In this document: positions 23,392 to 33,192 of the stretch, piece after piece
Layout: each line of letters starts with the position of its first letter
Numbering within the stretch: the stretch's first letter is position 1
Origin: an uncultured Eubacteriales bacterium
GTDB lineage: Bacteria; Bacillota; Clostridia; Oscillospirales; CAG-272
NCBI GenBank assembly: GCA_934402395.1
Contig: CAKRTQ010000012.1
Coordinates: 7,751 to 71,750, forward strand
Direction of reading: 5' to 3'
DNA: 64,000 nucleotides
Notes under the pieces: model-generated
What the model was told of the DNA's origin: nothing
The model's database searches: none
What the model saw: only the letters and a program-made list of their open reading frames with translations
Translations under genes and position numbers: made by a program

Positions 23392-24201
23392 ATGCTTGGT
23401 GCAATAATAGGAGATATAGTAGGTTCGGTATACGAATTGGGGGCTGACAAAACAAAACGCTTCCCGCTGTTTTCACCCGGCTGTTCACCCACAGATGACA
23501 GTCTGATGACAATGGCGGTTGGCGTTACCTGTGTGTCGGCTGATATCCGCATGGAGAGCGAATTCAAAAGAATGCTCTCCGAGATGATGCGCGAGATCGG
23601 AAGACAATATCCCGATGCAGGTTACGGCAGCCGCTTTTTTGATTGGCTCACCGACGACGATGCCGGCGCATACGGAAGCTACGGCAACGGCGCCGCCATG
23701 CGCGTTTCGCCTGTGGCATATGCTGCCGGAAGCCTTGAAGAGGCAGAGAGGCTTGCGCGGTGGAGTGCCGAGATCACGCACGATCATCCGGAAGGGATAA
23801 AGGGCGCCATGGCGACCGCAGCGGCGATATTTCTTGCGCTTGATGGACACGACAAGGATGAGATACGTGCGTATATCGAAAACAGGTATTATGATCTGGA
23901 CTTTACACTTGATGAAATACGCCCGACGTACGAATTCGATGTGAGCTGCGAGGGCAGCGTGCCGCAGGCAATAGAGTGCTTTCTTGAGGCGGACAGCTTT
24001 GAGGATGCCCTGCGCAACGCGGTATCGCTTGGCGGCGACTGCGACACGATGGCGGCGATCGCGGGTGCGATAGCAGAGGCATTCTACGGCATTCCCGACG
24101 ATATCGCAGAGCGCGCGTTCGGATATATGGATGATACCGAAAAAGAATTATATTATGAATACGCAGACTGGCTTTACGGTCTGCACGGGGAGAAGAAATG
24201 A
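23392..24201 (+). CDS. ADP-ribosylglycohydrolase family protein
   Basis: The N-terminal MLGAIIGDIVGSVYE and C-terminal GGDCDTMAAIAGAIAEAFYG metal-site motifs are typical of the ARH/DraG family. Confidence 0.8.
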   Translation: MLGAIIGDIVGSVYELGADKTKRFPLFSPGCSPTDDSLMTMAVGVTCVSADIRMESEFKRMLSEMMREIGRQYPDAGYGSRFFDWLTDDDAGAYGSYGNGAAMRVSPVAYAAGSLEEAERLARWSAEITHDHPEGIKGAMATAAAIFLALDGHDKDEIRAYIENRYYDLDFTLDEIRPTYEFDVSCEGSVPQAIECFLEADSFEDALRNAVSLGGDCDTMAAIAGAIAEAFYGIPDDIAERAFGYMDDTEKELYYEYADWLYGLHGEKK

Positions 24202-24884
24202 TACATATTACCGGTGACACACACGGAGACAGAGGACGGTTCGATAAGGGCGTGATGCACGGTGAACCGCAGTGGGGAACGGATGATATTCTGATGATAT
24301 GCGGCGATTTCGGATACATTTTTTCCGGCAGCGACTATGAGCGCACATTTCTTGACCGGTTGGCGGAAAAACCGTACACAGTATGCTTTTGCGACGGAAA
24401 TCACGAAAATTTCCCTGCGTTAAATGCTTTTCCCGAAGAGTGGTGGAACGGCGGCAGAGTACACAGGATACGCCGCAACATCCTGCATCTTGAACGCGGA
24501 CAGGTGTTCGGCATAGAAGACAAAAGCTTTTTCGTGATGGGAGGCGCGTACAGTCCCGACAGGGCGATGCGCCGCGAGGGCATCTCGTGGTGGCGCGAAG
24601 AGCTGCCGGACGCGCAGGCATACAGCGAGGCATGGCGTAATCTCGACGCAGTGGGAAACTCGGTGGATTACATTGTGACACACACTGCGCCCGCCGCTGT
24701 TGTGCGTGCTTTTGCGTGTGTATCGCCGGATCTGGATGCGCCGGGGGCGGAGCTTGGCGGCTTTCTGGATGATGTCATGCGCCGTGTCCGCTTCAGACGC
24801 TGGTATTTCGGGCACTGGCATACAGACAGGGAGGTGCGCGGCAGGTTCCGTGCACTTTGGTATGATGTTGAAGATATAGAATGA
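24198..24884 (+). CDS. metallophosphoesterase (calcineurin-like)
   Basis: ITGDTHGD, GDFG, DGNHEN, and GHWH motifs. ATGA overlap with the upstream gene. Confidence 0.8.
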   Translation: MIHITGDTHGDRGRFDKGVMHGEPQWGTDDILMICGDFGYIFSGSDYERTFLDRLAEKPYTVCFCDGNHENFPALNAFPEEWWNGGRVHRIRRNILHLERGQVFGIEDKSFFVMGGAYSPDRAMRREGISWWREELPDAQAYSEAWRNLDAVGNSVDYIVTHTAPAAVVRAFACVSPDLDAPGAELGGFLDDVMRRVRFRRWYFGHWHTDREVRGRFRALWYDVEDIE

Positions 24885-24906
24885 CTTCTGCAAGGAGGAA
24901 GGAAAA

Positions 24907-25737
24907 ATGAACGAAACGGTCAAAAGGCAGATCCTGCTTGAGTATTTTGACACGGTGTCCTACATCATGAGCTACGAGTGGAATGACGAATTCAAAAAGA
25001 TCGCGGTCGGTATCATCGGCTTGCTTGCCGATATTTACGGCGTGCCCGATGCAGCGGAAGAATGCACGGAGATGACGGAGAAAGTGGCAAATCTACAGAC
25101 CGTGCAGGACATTGCCCTCATGGCAGGCGACGAAATTGCGTCGTCGGTCGCGTTTACCGTCAAGGCGTCATATATTACCGCAAATGATATCAGGATGCAA
25201 AGGATATTCGATCACGGCATAGCGGTGATGGCGGTAAAGAGGGCAGCCGAGGAAGGGGAGAGAAGCGCGTGCCGTCTCTGGGCGTGCATGAACTGGCTGG
25301 GCAGCTTCCCCGAAGCCGACCGCAGGCGCGCGGTCGAGGTGTGGAAAACGCTTGCGGCATCATGCGAAATATCCGCGGTAAAAGCGCTTGTGTATGCGTA
25401 CGGTGTTATGGGTGACACGGCGGAAAGAGATATGTGGGCTGCCGTGGGAGAGGCGCTTGAGAACGCATCGCGGAATTTTCTTCCGCTCGTGCTTCCGGAC
25501 GGCAATGACAGGTGCGGCGGGCGCGCTGTAATGCTGGCGGATCTGATACTTGCCGCAGCAGGCAGAAGGAACACGTCTGCCGAAGCATCGCGCAATATTG
25601 ACCGCGCAATGGCGTATTATATTCTTTACTGCGACGGACTTTTTGAAGAAAAGCTTGCGCGTGTATCATCGCAGGGGAGCTTTTACCCGCTCGTGTGGGA
25701 ATGCCGCAGATTTGAAAACTCAAAATTCGGCTTTTGA
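24907..25737 (+). CDS. hypothetical alpha-helical protein
   Basis: AGGAGGAAGG SD. No recognisable motif; weak Sel1/TPR-like periodicity. Confidence 0.6.
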   Translation: MNETVKRQILLEYFDTVSYIMSYEWNDEFKKIAVGIIGLLADIYGVPDAAEECTEMTEKVANLQTVQDIALMAGDEIASSVAFTVKASYITANDIRMQRIFDHGIAVMAVKRAAEEGERSACRLWACMNWLGSFPEADRRRAVEVWKTLAASCEISAVKALVYAYGVMGDTAERDMWAAVGEALENASRNFLPLVLPDGNDRCGGRAVMLADLILAAAGRRNTSAEASRNIDRAMAYYILYCDGLFEEKLARVSSQGSFYPLVWECRRFENSKFGF

Positions 25738-25759
25738 ATCATAAAGGAGAGAGATAGCC

Positions 25760-26089
25760 ATGTCTGAAAAAAATAAGCTCCCGCCGGTGTCGGCGGCGGA
25801 AGGACATAAACCGAGCGGACGGCGTGCGGCGGGATCGCTCTACGGACGCGTGCTGTTCGATATAAAAAAAGTGCCGGCGGCAAAGACGGGGATCAATATT
25901 ATATTTGTCGGAGGAGCGCATAAAAAAGCGCGTGCGGTAATGCTTCGCGCAATGCGCCGCATGGCACGGAACGGGACCGGGGGAAGACTGAAAGCAAAGC
26001 TGCTTCGGGCATGGTTTTATGCCGGCGGAAGCAGACCGCAAGCAAGGACAAACGGCACAAATGCAAAGAAATGGGAGGGTGCAAAATGA
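25760..26089 (+). CDS. small very basic hypothetical protein (109 aa)
   Basis: AGGAGAG SD. The stop overlaps the ClpP-like ATG (ATGA at 26086-89), which suggests translational coupling. Confidence 0.4.
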   Translation: MSEKNKLPPVSAAEGHKPSGRRAAGSLYGRVLFDIKKVPAAKTGINIIFVGGAHKKARAVMLRAMRRMARNGTGGRLKAKLLRAWFYAGGSRPQARTNGTNAKKWEGAK

Positions 26090-26658
26090 AGGCAACAGGT
26101 ACATACGGCTGGGACGGCGAAGAATTCCTTATAAAAACAAGAACGGTTTTCCTGTACGGGGAAATAAATGCGGCGGCGGCATATGAGGTTGGGTGCAGGC
26201 TGAAATATCTTGATTTTATTGACCCGCATGAGCCGATAACGCTTGAAATCAATTCTCCCGGCGGCGAGGTGTCATCCGGGCTTGCCATTATCGACACCAT
26301 GAACTGCATCGGCGCGCCCGTGCGGGTCGTGGTATGCGGAATGGCGGCAAGCATGGCGGCTCTGATCGTGGCTTCGGGCTCAAAGGGAATGCGCGGCGCG
26401 CTGCCGAACAGTAATATTATGATCCACCAGCCGCTCGGCGGTCTGGGCATATCGCAGGCATCGGACATTGACATTTACGCAAAAAACATTGTCAGGACAA
26501 AAAGACTTCTGAACGGCATACTGGCGGATGCCTGCGGAAAGGACATTTCCGAGATCGAAAACGATACCGACAGAGATTACTATCTTAATGCCCGCGAGGC
26601 ACTTGAATACGGAATAATCGACTTTATAGTCGGTCCCGGAAAGACCGTGAGGACTTGA
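26086..26658 (+). CDS. ClpP-family serine protease paralogue
   Basis: GGGAGGG SD. Triad context GMAASMAA (Ser), IMIHQP (His), and TDRDYYL (Asp). 190 aa. Confidence 0.85.
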   Translation: MKATGTYGWDGEEFLIKTRTVFLYGEINAAAAYEVGCRLKYLDFIDPHEPITLEINSPGGEVSSGLAIIDTMNCIGAPVRVVVCGMAASMAALIVASGSKGMRGALPNSNIMIHQPLGGLGISQASDIDIYAKNIVRTKRLLNGILADACGKDISEIENDTDRDYYLNAREALEYGIIDFIVGPGKTVRT

Positions 26659-26677
26659 ACGCGAAAAGGAGATAAAT

Positions 26678-29062
26678 ATGAGCACAAACAGAAACCGTGT
26701 GATAAAAGAATACATTAACGATAACTATCCGAACGCAAAAATAGTCAGCTATGATGAGGGCAGCAGCGAGTGCGACCTTGTGTTTTACGATGACGAGGAG
26801 ATCAAAAAACTGCGGGGCGACTGGTTCCCGCTCTGCTGCTACCGCGACAAAAAAACCGGAAAGCTCACTTACGGGGGCAGGGGCAAGGTGTATCATACTT
26901 ATACCGAAGGCGAGACCGGCGCAGGCAAGACAACGCGCTTTGTGATGCAGAGCATCCGCGCGCTTTCAATGACCGCCGAAAAGCCGAGCTTTGTCATTGT
27001 GGACATACACGGGGAAATAATCGAGAATCTTTACATCCACCTCAAAAAGATGGGCTATGATATAAAGATACTCAACTGCGACGACCCCGCGCGGTCGGAT
27101 ACGTACAATCCGCTTGAAAAGATAGCCGTTGAGTGTTACGAGAGCGGCGAGATCGAAAACGATGCGCTCAACAGCATCAGGCGTATGTCGGAAATAATCC
27201 AGCCTGTGGAGTCGCGCAGCGACCCCGTCTGGGACCGCGGTGCGCGGTCATATACCAACGGAAGCATTCTTGACAAGTTTGAAGATCTCATCGCGGGCGA
27301 CATTCCGCTTTCCTGCATGACGATCTACAATATAATCCAGAACCATCATTGGCTGAGGCAGATAATAGACAACGGCTATAATTCGGACGGCATAAGCCGC
27401 GTGTCCCATTACCGCAAAAAGCGGGATGCACTGTCGGTTCAGAAGCTGATAGCCGTCACGAACGCCGCCGAAAAAACACGCGCATCGTATTACGGGGTCG
27501 TGGAAAATCACTATGATACATTCGGTCAGCCTGCATTTTACCGGCTGTCGTCAAACAGCACGATAAGTATAGACGGGTTTATCGACAGACCCACCGCCAT
27601 TGTCATACAGTCGGGCAGCACCAGAATAGGCGATGATCTTATATCGCTTCTTATGAACGACATATACACCGCCGCTGTCAGAACGGGAAAGTCCAGCCCC
27701 TGCAAAATGCTGCCGCGCAAGATACACTGCTTTCTTGATGAATTTGCAAACTGCAACATTGCCGATGGTCCCGAGTATATAAAAATGCTCACCACATCGA
27801 GAAAGTTCGGTATGTACTGGCATATGATACTGCAATGCGACGCGCAGCTTGACCGCAAATATGACGCCAACATAGCACGCATCATACGCGCCAACAGTAC
27901 CGAAATATTCATGGGTTCGCAGGACTATTCGACTCAGCTGCGTTTTGCAAAATCATGCGGGCAAAAAACGGTCGAGCAGCTCGGCTCGGAAATGAGACAG
28001 CAGGAGCCGGCGTTTGCAACGCTTGATCTTATGACTACGGACAAGCTTGACAGCACCGGGGAAGGATATATTTATGTAAAATCACCGCGTCACCCCATAC
28101 TCAGGTCGTTTATCGAAGCATTTTACAACTGCCTTGAATTCGAGACCGACGGTAACATTGACGCGGTATATCCGCACAATGATTTTGACTACCGCAGCAC
28201 CTGCTTTTATGTTGACGAGATCCCCGCAGCCATTTCGTCCGAGGCGTATGAGCTGGTGAAATATATCGGTCCCGAAAAGATGAAAAAAAGGGATATCATA
28301 AGGAAGTACGGCGCGCCGAATACTGCCGAATTACTGGCAAGGCTGGAAGCTAAGAATATTATCAGCCGCGATGCGAACGATGTTGTGAGCGTTGAACTCA
28401 ATATGCGCCAGCTTGAGCTGCTGGAGTTCAGGTATGAGCACGGACTCATGAAAAAAACAGGACCGCACAGGACCGGCAGAGGTCCGCGCTCATCCCGCGA
28501 GATCCGAGACATTCTGTTCGGTGCCGAGGTGGATGAGAATGACGAAGAAGACGACGATGAGGTGTTTGGCTCCGATGATGCGGATGTCGATTATATAGAC
28601 TTCAGCGATATCATCGGAGCGGCGAGCCGTGAGAGAGTAGTGACGTGCTGCGAGGACGACACGGACGATATGGAACATGAGCTTCGCTGCTATCTTGCCG
28701 ACAACGAGATCGACGTCACCGCATCGGACTTCGCCGGTATCACCTGCATTCCAGATGATATGAACGAATTTTTCTGCGCCTGCGAAGCATCCCGCGACCC
28801 CGCGCACTGCCCATGGCCGTCCGAGCTGCCCACTACAGGTTCGCTTTTGAAATGCGCTATCATAGAGGCATATCTGCGCCGAAACGATTATGCCGATATT
28901 GACAAATGGTCGGAGGGTATCAGCGCCGAGGTGGAGAAAATAAGCAACAGCGGATATTTTCCGCAGACAATGATCGATATTTTCAACAGCGCCGCGAAAG
29001 CTGTCGGTACCGAGCTGGATATTGAAAATATACGCGAGCTGAAAAAAATGCTGAATGCCTGA
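26678..29062 (+). CDS. soluble VirD4/TraG-like (FtsK-HerA superfamily) ATPase with acidic C-terminal extension
   Basis: Walker A is GETGAGKTT and Walker B-like is HCFLDEFANC, as in type IV coupling proteins. No N-terminal TM helices. Contains a DENDEEDDDE acidic tract. Confidence 0.7.
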   Translation: MSTNRNRVIKEYINDNYPNAKIVSYDEGSSECDLVFYDDEEIKKLRGDWFPLCCYRDKKTGKLTYGGRGKVYHTYTEGETGAGKTTRFVMQSIRALSMTAEKPSFVIVDIHGEIIENLYIHLKKMGYDIKILNCDDPARSDTYNPLEKIAVECYESGEIENDALNSIRRMSEIIQPVESRSDPVWDRGARSYTNGSILDKFEDLIAGDIPLSCMTIYNIIQNHHWLRQIIDNGYNSDGISRVSHYRKKRDALSVQKLIAVTNAAEKTRASYYGVVENHYDTFGQPAFYRLSSNSTISIDGFIDRPTAIVIQSGSTRIGDDLISLLMNDIYTAAVRTGKSSPCKMLPRKIHCFLDEFANCNIADGPEYIKMLTTSRKFGMYWHMILQCDAQLDRKYDANIARIIRANSTEIFMGSQDYSTQLRFAKSCGQKTVEQLGSEMRQQEPAFATLDLMTTDKLDSTGEGYIYVKSPRHPILRSFIEAFYNCLEFETDGNIDAVYPHNDFDYRSTCFYVDEIPAAISSEAYELVKYIGPEKMKKRDIIRKYGAPNTAELLARLEAKNIISRDANDVVSVELNMRQLELLEFRYEHGLMKKTGPHRTGRGPRSSREIRDILFGAEVDENDEEDDDEVFGSDDADVDYIDFSDIIGAASRERVVTCCEDDTDDMEHELRCYLADNEIDVTASDFAGITCIPDDMNEFFCACEASRDPAHCPWPSELPTTGSLLKCAIIEAYLRRNDYADIDKWSEGISAEVEKISNSGYFPQTMIDIFNSAAKAVGTELDIENIRELKKMLNA

Positions 29063-29079
29063 TTTGATGTCCGGGATTA

Positions 29080-29108
29080 TTGACACGGTTCTGTTTTTGG
29101 GATATAAT
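29080..29108 (+). promoter_or_regulatory. consensus sigma-A promoter
   Basis: TTGACA, 17-nt spacer, TATAAT, ~40 nt upstream of the ATG at 29147. Confidence 0.7.
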
Positions 29109-29146
29109 TAAAGCGTAGGAATAATTGAAAGGTCGGTTTATTTGAT

Positions 29147-30427
29147 ATGAAATATATCCTCAAAAACGGAAAGATCCTTGACGGGAGCCGCGATATGCAG
29201 CCGCGCGAGGGTTGCGGAATCCTCGTTGACGGCGAAAAAATAATCGGTATTCTGCCGGACGGTGCGGAGGTCTGCGACTGCTGCACGGTCGATCTCGGCG
29301 GAAAATACATTATGCCGGGTCTTATCAATATGCACGTTCATCTTGCCGGAAACGGCAAGCCTCAAAAGAAGCAGCGCGATAACGAAAAGCTCGTGCGTAC
29401 AATAATGTCTACCGGTCTTACACGCGCCGTGGCGTACCGCATGGTGTGCGGTTTTGCCGCCGACGAGCTTTACAGCGGCGTAACGACCATACGAACTGTC
29501 GGCGGGCTCGGTGATTTCGATACCCGCTTGCGCGATGAAATAGCCGCCGGGCGGCGTGACGGTCCGCGCATTCTTGCCGCCAACCGCGGCATATCGGTGC
29601 CCGGCGGACACATGGCAGGATCGGTGGCAATAGCGGCGCATGACATTCCCGAGGCTTTGCGCCACTATGAGGAATCCAAAAAAGAAGGCGTTGACCTTAT
29701 CAAGCTGATGATAACGGGCGGCGTGCTTGACGCCAAGGAAAAGGGCGTGCCGGGAGAACTGAAAATGGATCCCGCAATGGTGCGCGCCGTATGCGAGCGC
29801 GCACACGCGGACGGATATACCGTTGCCGCGCATGTCGAGTCGCCCGAGGGCGTGCGCGTTGCGCTTGAAAACGGTGTTGATTCGATAGAACACGGCGCCG
29901 CGCCGGACGATGGGATAATAAAGCTGTTCATCGAGCGTGGGGCGTACCTCTGCACCACGCTGTCCCCCGCGCTTCCGTACGCGCTGTTTGACCGCTCGGT
30001 CACGAATGCGAGCGAGGTGGAGCAGTACAACGGCAACGTGGTGTTCCGCGGTATCATCGACTGTGCCAAAGCCGCGATAGCAAATGACATTCCGGTGGTG
30101 CTCGGCAACGATGTGGGCTGTCCGTGGATCACACAGTACGACTTCTGGCGTGAGCTTTACTACTTCTGCAAATATGTCGGCGTTTCAAATTCCTTTGCGC
30201 TCTGGACGGCGACCGCCCGCAGCGCGGAGCTGGCAGGCATCGGCGACATAACGGGAAGCATAACCGAGGGCAAATGCGCGGATATGATAGTCACGGCGGA
30301 AAATCCGCTTGACGATATACGCGCGCTCGCCAATGTCGATATTGTTATCGCACGCGGCAGAATATATGAGCATCCGCACATAAAGGTCAACCCGCGTGTG
30401 CGCGCCGAACTTGATAAATTCCTTTGA
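29147..30427 (+). CDS. amidohydrolase family metal-dependent hydrolase
   Basis: GLINMHVHL metal motif, AAHV, and a C-terminal DADM-type pattern (CADMIV). Confidence 0.8.
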   Translation: MKYILKNGKILDGSRDMQPREGCGILVDGEKIIGILPDGAEVCDCCTVDLGGKYIMPGLINMHVHLAGNGKPQKKQRDNEKLVRTIMSTGLTRAVAYRMVCGFAADELYSGVTTIRTVGGLGDFDTRLRDEIAAGRRDGPRILAANRGISVPGGHMAGSVAIAAHDIPEALRHYEESKKEGVDLIKLMITGGVLDAKEKGVPGELKMDPAMVRAVCERAHADGYTVAAHVESPEGVRVALENGVDSIEHGAAPDDGIIKLFIERGAYLCTTLSPALPYALFDRSVTNASEVEQYNGNVVFRGIIDCAKAAIANDIPVVLGNDVGCPWITQYDFWRELYYFCKYVGVSNSFALWTATARSAELAGIGDITGSITEGKCADMIVTAENPLDDIRALANVDIVIARGRIYEHPHIKVNPRVRAELDKFL

Positions 30428-30486
30428 TACAGAACAGAACAGCAGAATGGTCTGCCACGCGGGCGCGGCAGACCATTCTGCTGTAT

Positions 30487-32688
30487 TTACGGTGTCAGAA
30501 CGCTTATTGCGGAATCCGGCAGGCAGAGCTCCGATCCGACCTTTGCGGCGGCATAGGCAATGTTCATATCCTTTGATGCGTGCAGTACCACCCTGATCTT
30601 ATCTGTCGGAATGCTGTATGCTTCAAGTATCTGCCCCATATCGCAGACCGAAACCGGTCCGCTGCCACCGTCCGGGACAGCTCCGTCTGCGGCTGTGAGC
30701 GTGCAAAGGAAGTCGGACCCGTTCTGCGTCACGTGCACCCACAGCCCGTCGTTTGTCGGGATCCCGAAGTAGTCGGGATGAGCCCTTTTGAGCTCCTCAA
30801 ACGGCGTTTCAAATATAGACGACCGCAAAAAGTAATTTACGAATACGGATGAAGCTTCGGTGGGATGAAGCCATTTGCTCTGACCGTCCGATGCGATATA
30901 GTTGCCCAATATCTGCATGGGAAGATCGAGGTAGTTGCATATCCCCTGAAGCTGTTGCACGTTCAGAAGAGAACTGGACACGACAGAGCCTTTGTAGAAT
31001 ACTTTGATCTTTTCGGGAGCTATGCGGTAAGAGGCGAGTATGGCTCTCATCTCGGAAAGCGGTATACCGGGGGTATTTTTGTCACCTTCGAAAATAAATT
31101 TGTTGCTGTCGGGCGGTGTGTTGAGTAGCCGGCATATGTGTTCACTGACATATACATAAAGCCCGTCCGAGGCATCGAGCCCGAAGTACATCGGATATTC
31201 CCCGCGCAAAACAGTGAGCGTTACCGGCGTTGCAAAAATGCAGGAATACACCCCGTCATCCGGAGCGGCGAGGGTATCGCCGTTTATCAGCATCTCGCTG
31301 CCCCGACCCTTCAGCATATCAATTAAGCTGTCGGCGCTTTCTTTATTGATTATACGGTACACATCGGTAAAGCTTCCGCCGTCACGCGCCCAGCAGACCT
31401 CGCTTTTGTCTTTGCTGAAGTGCAGCGTGAGCAGTGATATCCCGTTTTTGTTTTCAAAACGCACCTCGTACCCGCGCTCGCTCATCCCGCCCACGGCAGC
31501 CGGTGCAACGGCTGTGCTGTCAAGGCGCATATCACGGAGAGCGGCGAGCACGGCTTTAAGCGATGCGGCGTCATTCTTCTTTTGCGAGCATATCAACATA
31601 TCACCGTCGGAATATGTTATCTGCGTGGATGAAATATTGCCGGAGATCCCATCAAGACCCGCGGCGTTCATGATGCCGAACGTTTTTTTCGATGGTCTTT
31701 GTGTGAGAAGACAAACGGCAGCCGCGCAGCATACGGCAAGAGCGGCTATCACTATATACAGTGTGGGTTTTTTGTAGTTCAGCACGTGCTTTATCCTTTC
31801 TCGGACTCCGATCTCGCCGAAGGCGAGTGGACAGACGGCAGCCACTCCGCGCGGAGCACTGCAATTTATCAGGGCATTTGAATACGGTCTTTTGACGTCC
31901 GTACCCATTTTGCTCAGCACCTTCTCGTCACAGGCGGTCTCTATATCGCGGCAGAACAGGATGTATGATACCCAGATGAGCGGATTGAACCAGTATACCG
32001 ACAAAAGTGCAAAGCCTACCGGCTTCCATATGTGGTCAAGCCGCGCAATGTGCGCGCGCTCGTGCGCTACTACGTACTGCGCGTCATTCTCCGAAATATC
32101 GGAGGGCAGGTAGATGCGCGGACGGAACAGACCGAATATGAACGGCGTGCTTATGCGGTCGCCCGTGAAAATGTTTTTTTCGCGCAGTATCGCCTCGCGC
32201 GTGCAGCGGCGCACGCGGACACAACTGGCGGCAGCCCACACCCACATTGCGCACATCCCGGCGATCCATATCTGCGCTGCAATGTGAACGGGAGACGTGT
32301 GCGGCGGTTCCGTGATGGGGTCATCGGCAGGCGATCCCGGCGGCGACACGGTAACGTTCCCATCGCCGGTGATGACGGTCACGTTTTCCGTATTGTCGGT
32401 GGGAAGCGCCGGTGCGGCGCCGGCTGTGGTCGGTACGGTATCCGCCGGAGGGGCTTCCCGCGTTGACGTGTCCGCCGGTGCGTAGAGCAGCTGTTCCGCA
32501 TTTGGCACGATGCTTACCGGACTTTCCGGAGAGTACGGACACACGAGCCGCACCGCGACCAACGTCCAAAGCAGCACGGTGATGTGTTTCGGCGATCTTT
32601 TCAGTATGAGCCGTATCAGCATGACCACTGCGGCAATAAATCCCGCCGTCAGACTCATGTTAAGAATTTTAAGAAACAGAGAGATCAT
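30487..32688 (-). CDS. BlaR1/MecR1-family M56 peptidase signal transducer with non-PBP C-terminal domain
   Basis: HERAHIARLDH (HExxH) in a TM context. The C-terminal ~430 aa lack SxxK and contain an internal duplication. Confidence 0.8.
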   Translation of the reverse strand: MISLFLKILNMSLTAGFIAAVVMLIRLILKRSPKHITVLLWTLVAVRLVCPYSPESPVSIVPNAEQLLYAPADTSTREAPPADTVPTTAGAAPALPTDNTENVTVITGDGNVTVSPPGSPADDPITEPPHTSPVHIAAQIWIAGMCAMWVWAAASCVRVRRCTREAILREKNIFTGDRISTPFIFGLFRPRIYLPSDISENDAQYVVAHERAHIARLDHIWKPVGFALLSVYWFNPLIWVSYILFCRDIETACDEKVLSKMGTDVKRPYSNALINCSAPRGVAAVCPLAFGEIGVRERIKHVLNYKKPTLYIVIAALAVCCAAAVCLLTQRPSKKTFGIMNAAGLDGISGNISSTQITYSDGDMLICSQKKNDAASLKAVLAALRDMRLDSTAVAPAAVGGMSERGYEVRFENKNGISLLTLHFSKDKSEVCWARDGGSFTDVYRIINKESADSLIDMLKGRGSEMLINGDTLAAPDDGVYSCIFATPVTLTVLRGEYPMYFGLDASDGLYVYVSEHICRLLNTPPDSNKFIFEGDKNTPGIPLSEMRAILASYRIAPEKIKVFYKGSVVSSSLLNVQQLQGICNYLDLPMQILGNYIASDGQSKWLHPTEASSVFVNYFLRSSIFETPFEELKRAHPDYFGIPTNDGLWVHVTQNGSDFLCTLTAADGAVPDGGSGPVSVCDMGQILEAYSIPTDKIRVVLHASKDMNIAYAAAKVGSELCLPDSAISVLTP

Positions 32689-33072
32689 TCAGTCCTCCTT
32701 GTATTCGTCGATCATGCGCCGGATATCGGCGACTTCCTCCCGTGTGAGCTGCTTGCGCGCGGTAAATGCCGCAAGAAAAGCGGGCAGTGAACCTTCAAAT
32801 GTTTCGTCAACGAATTTTTCACTTTGCGCGGCATAAAAATCGCTGCGCGAGATCAGTGAGGTTATTGTGCCGCCGTCATTTTTAAACAGCCCCTTGTCAC
32901 ACAGCCGCTTGAGGACTGTGTAGCAGGTGGATTTTTTCCACCCGAATTTTTCGGCGCTCATGTGTGAAAGCGCGGTCGAGGACATGGGCTCGTTTGCCCA
33001 GATCATATCTGCAAAGCGCGCTTCCACCGTTCCGAGCTGCATTTCCTTCATGTCTGATACCTCCTTGGACAT
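32689..33072 (-). CDS. BlaI/MecI/CopY family transcriptional repressor
   Basis: Winged-helix pattern, 127 aa, directly abutting blaR1-like (TGA/ATG adjacent). Confidence 0.85.
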   Translation of the reverse strand: MSKEVSDMKEMQLGTVEARFADMIWANEPMSSTALSHMSAEKFGWKKSTCYTVLKRLCDKGLFKNDGGTITSLISRSDFYAAQSEKFVDETFEGSLPAFLAAFTARKQLTREEVADIRRMIDEYKED

Positions 33073-33111
33073 TTTTTGAGGTCTACATGTTGTAGACTAT
33101 ATATATTCTAC
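33071..33111. promoter_or_regulatory. two TACA/TGTA palindromes (BlaI-type operators)
   Basis: GTCTACATGTTGTAGAC (33071-87) and TCTACACCATGTAGA (33097-111), immediately upstream of the repressor gene. Confidence 0.7.
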
Positions 33112-33192
33112 ACCATGTAGACCGATTTGTCAATACCTTTTTTGAAAAAAGCAGGATGTCACGCCAACGCGCAACATCCTGCGGATATTATT

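Noticed and set aside
26086-26658. ClpP homologue as a prophage prohead protease, marking a prophage
   Set aside because: No capsid, portal, terminase or tail genes flank it. The neighbours are ARH, a phosphoesterase and a VirD4-like ATPase. A decayed mobile element remains possible and is noted in the finding.
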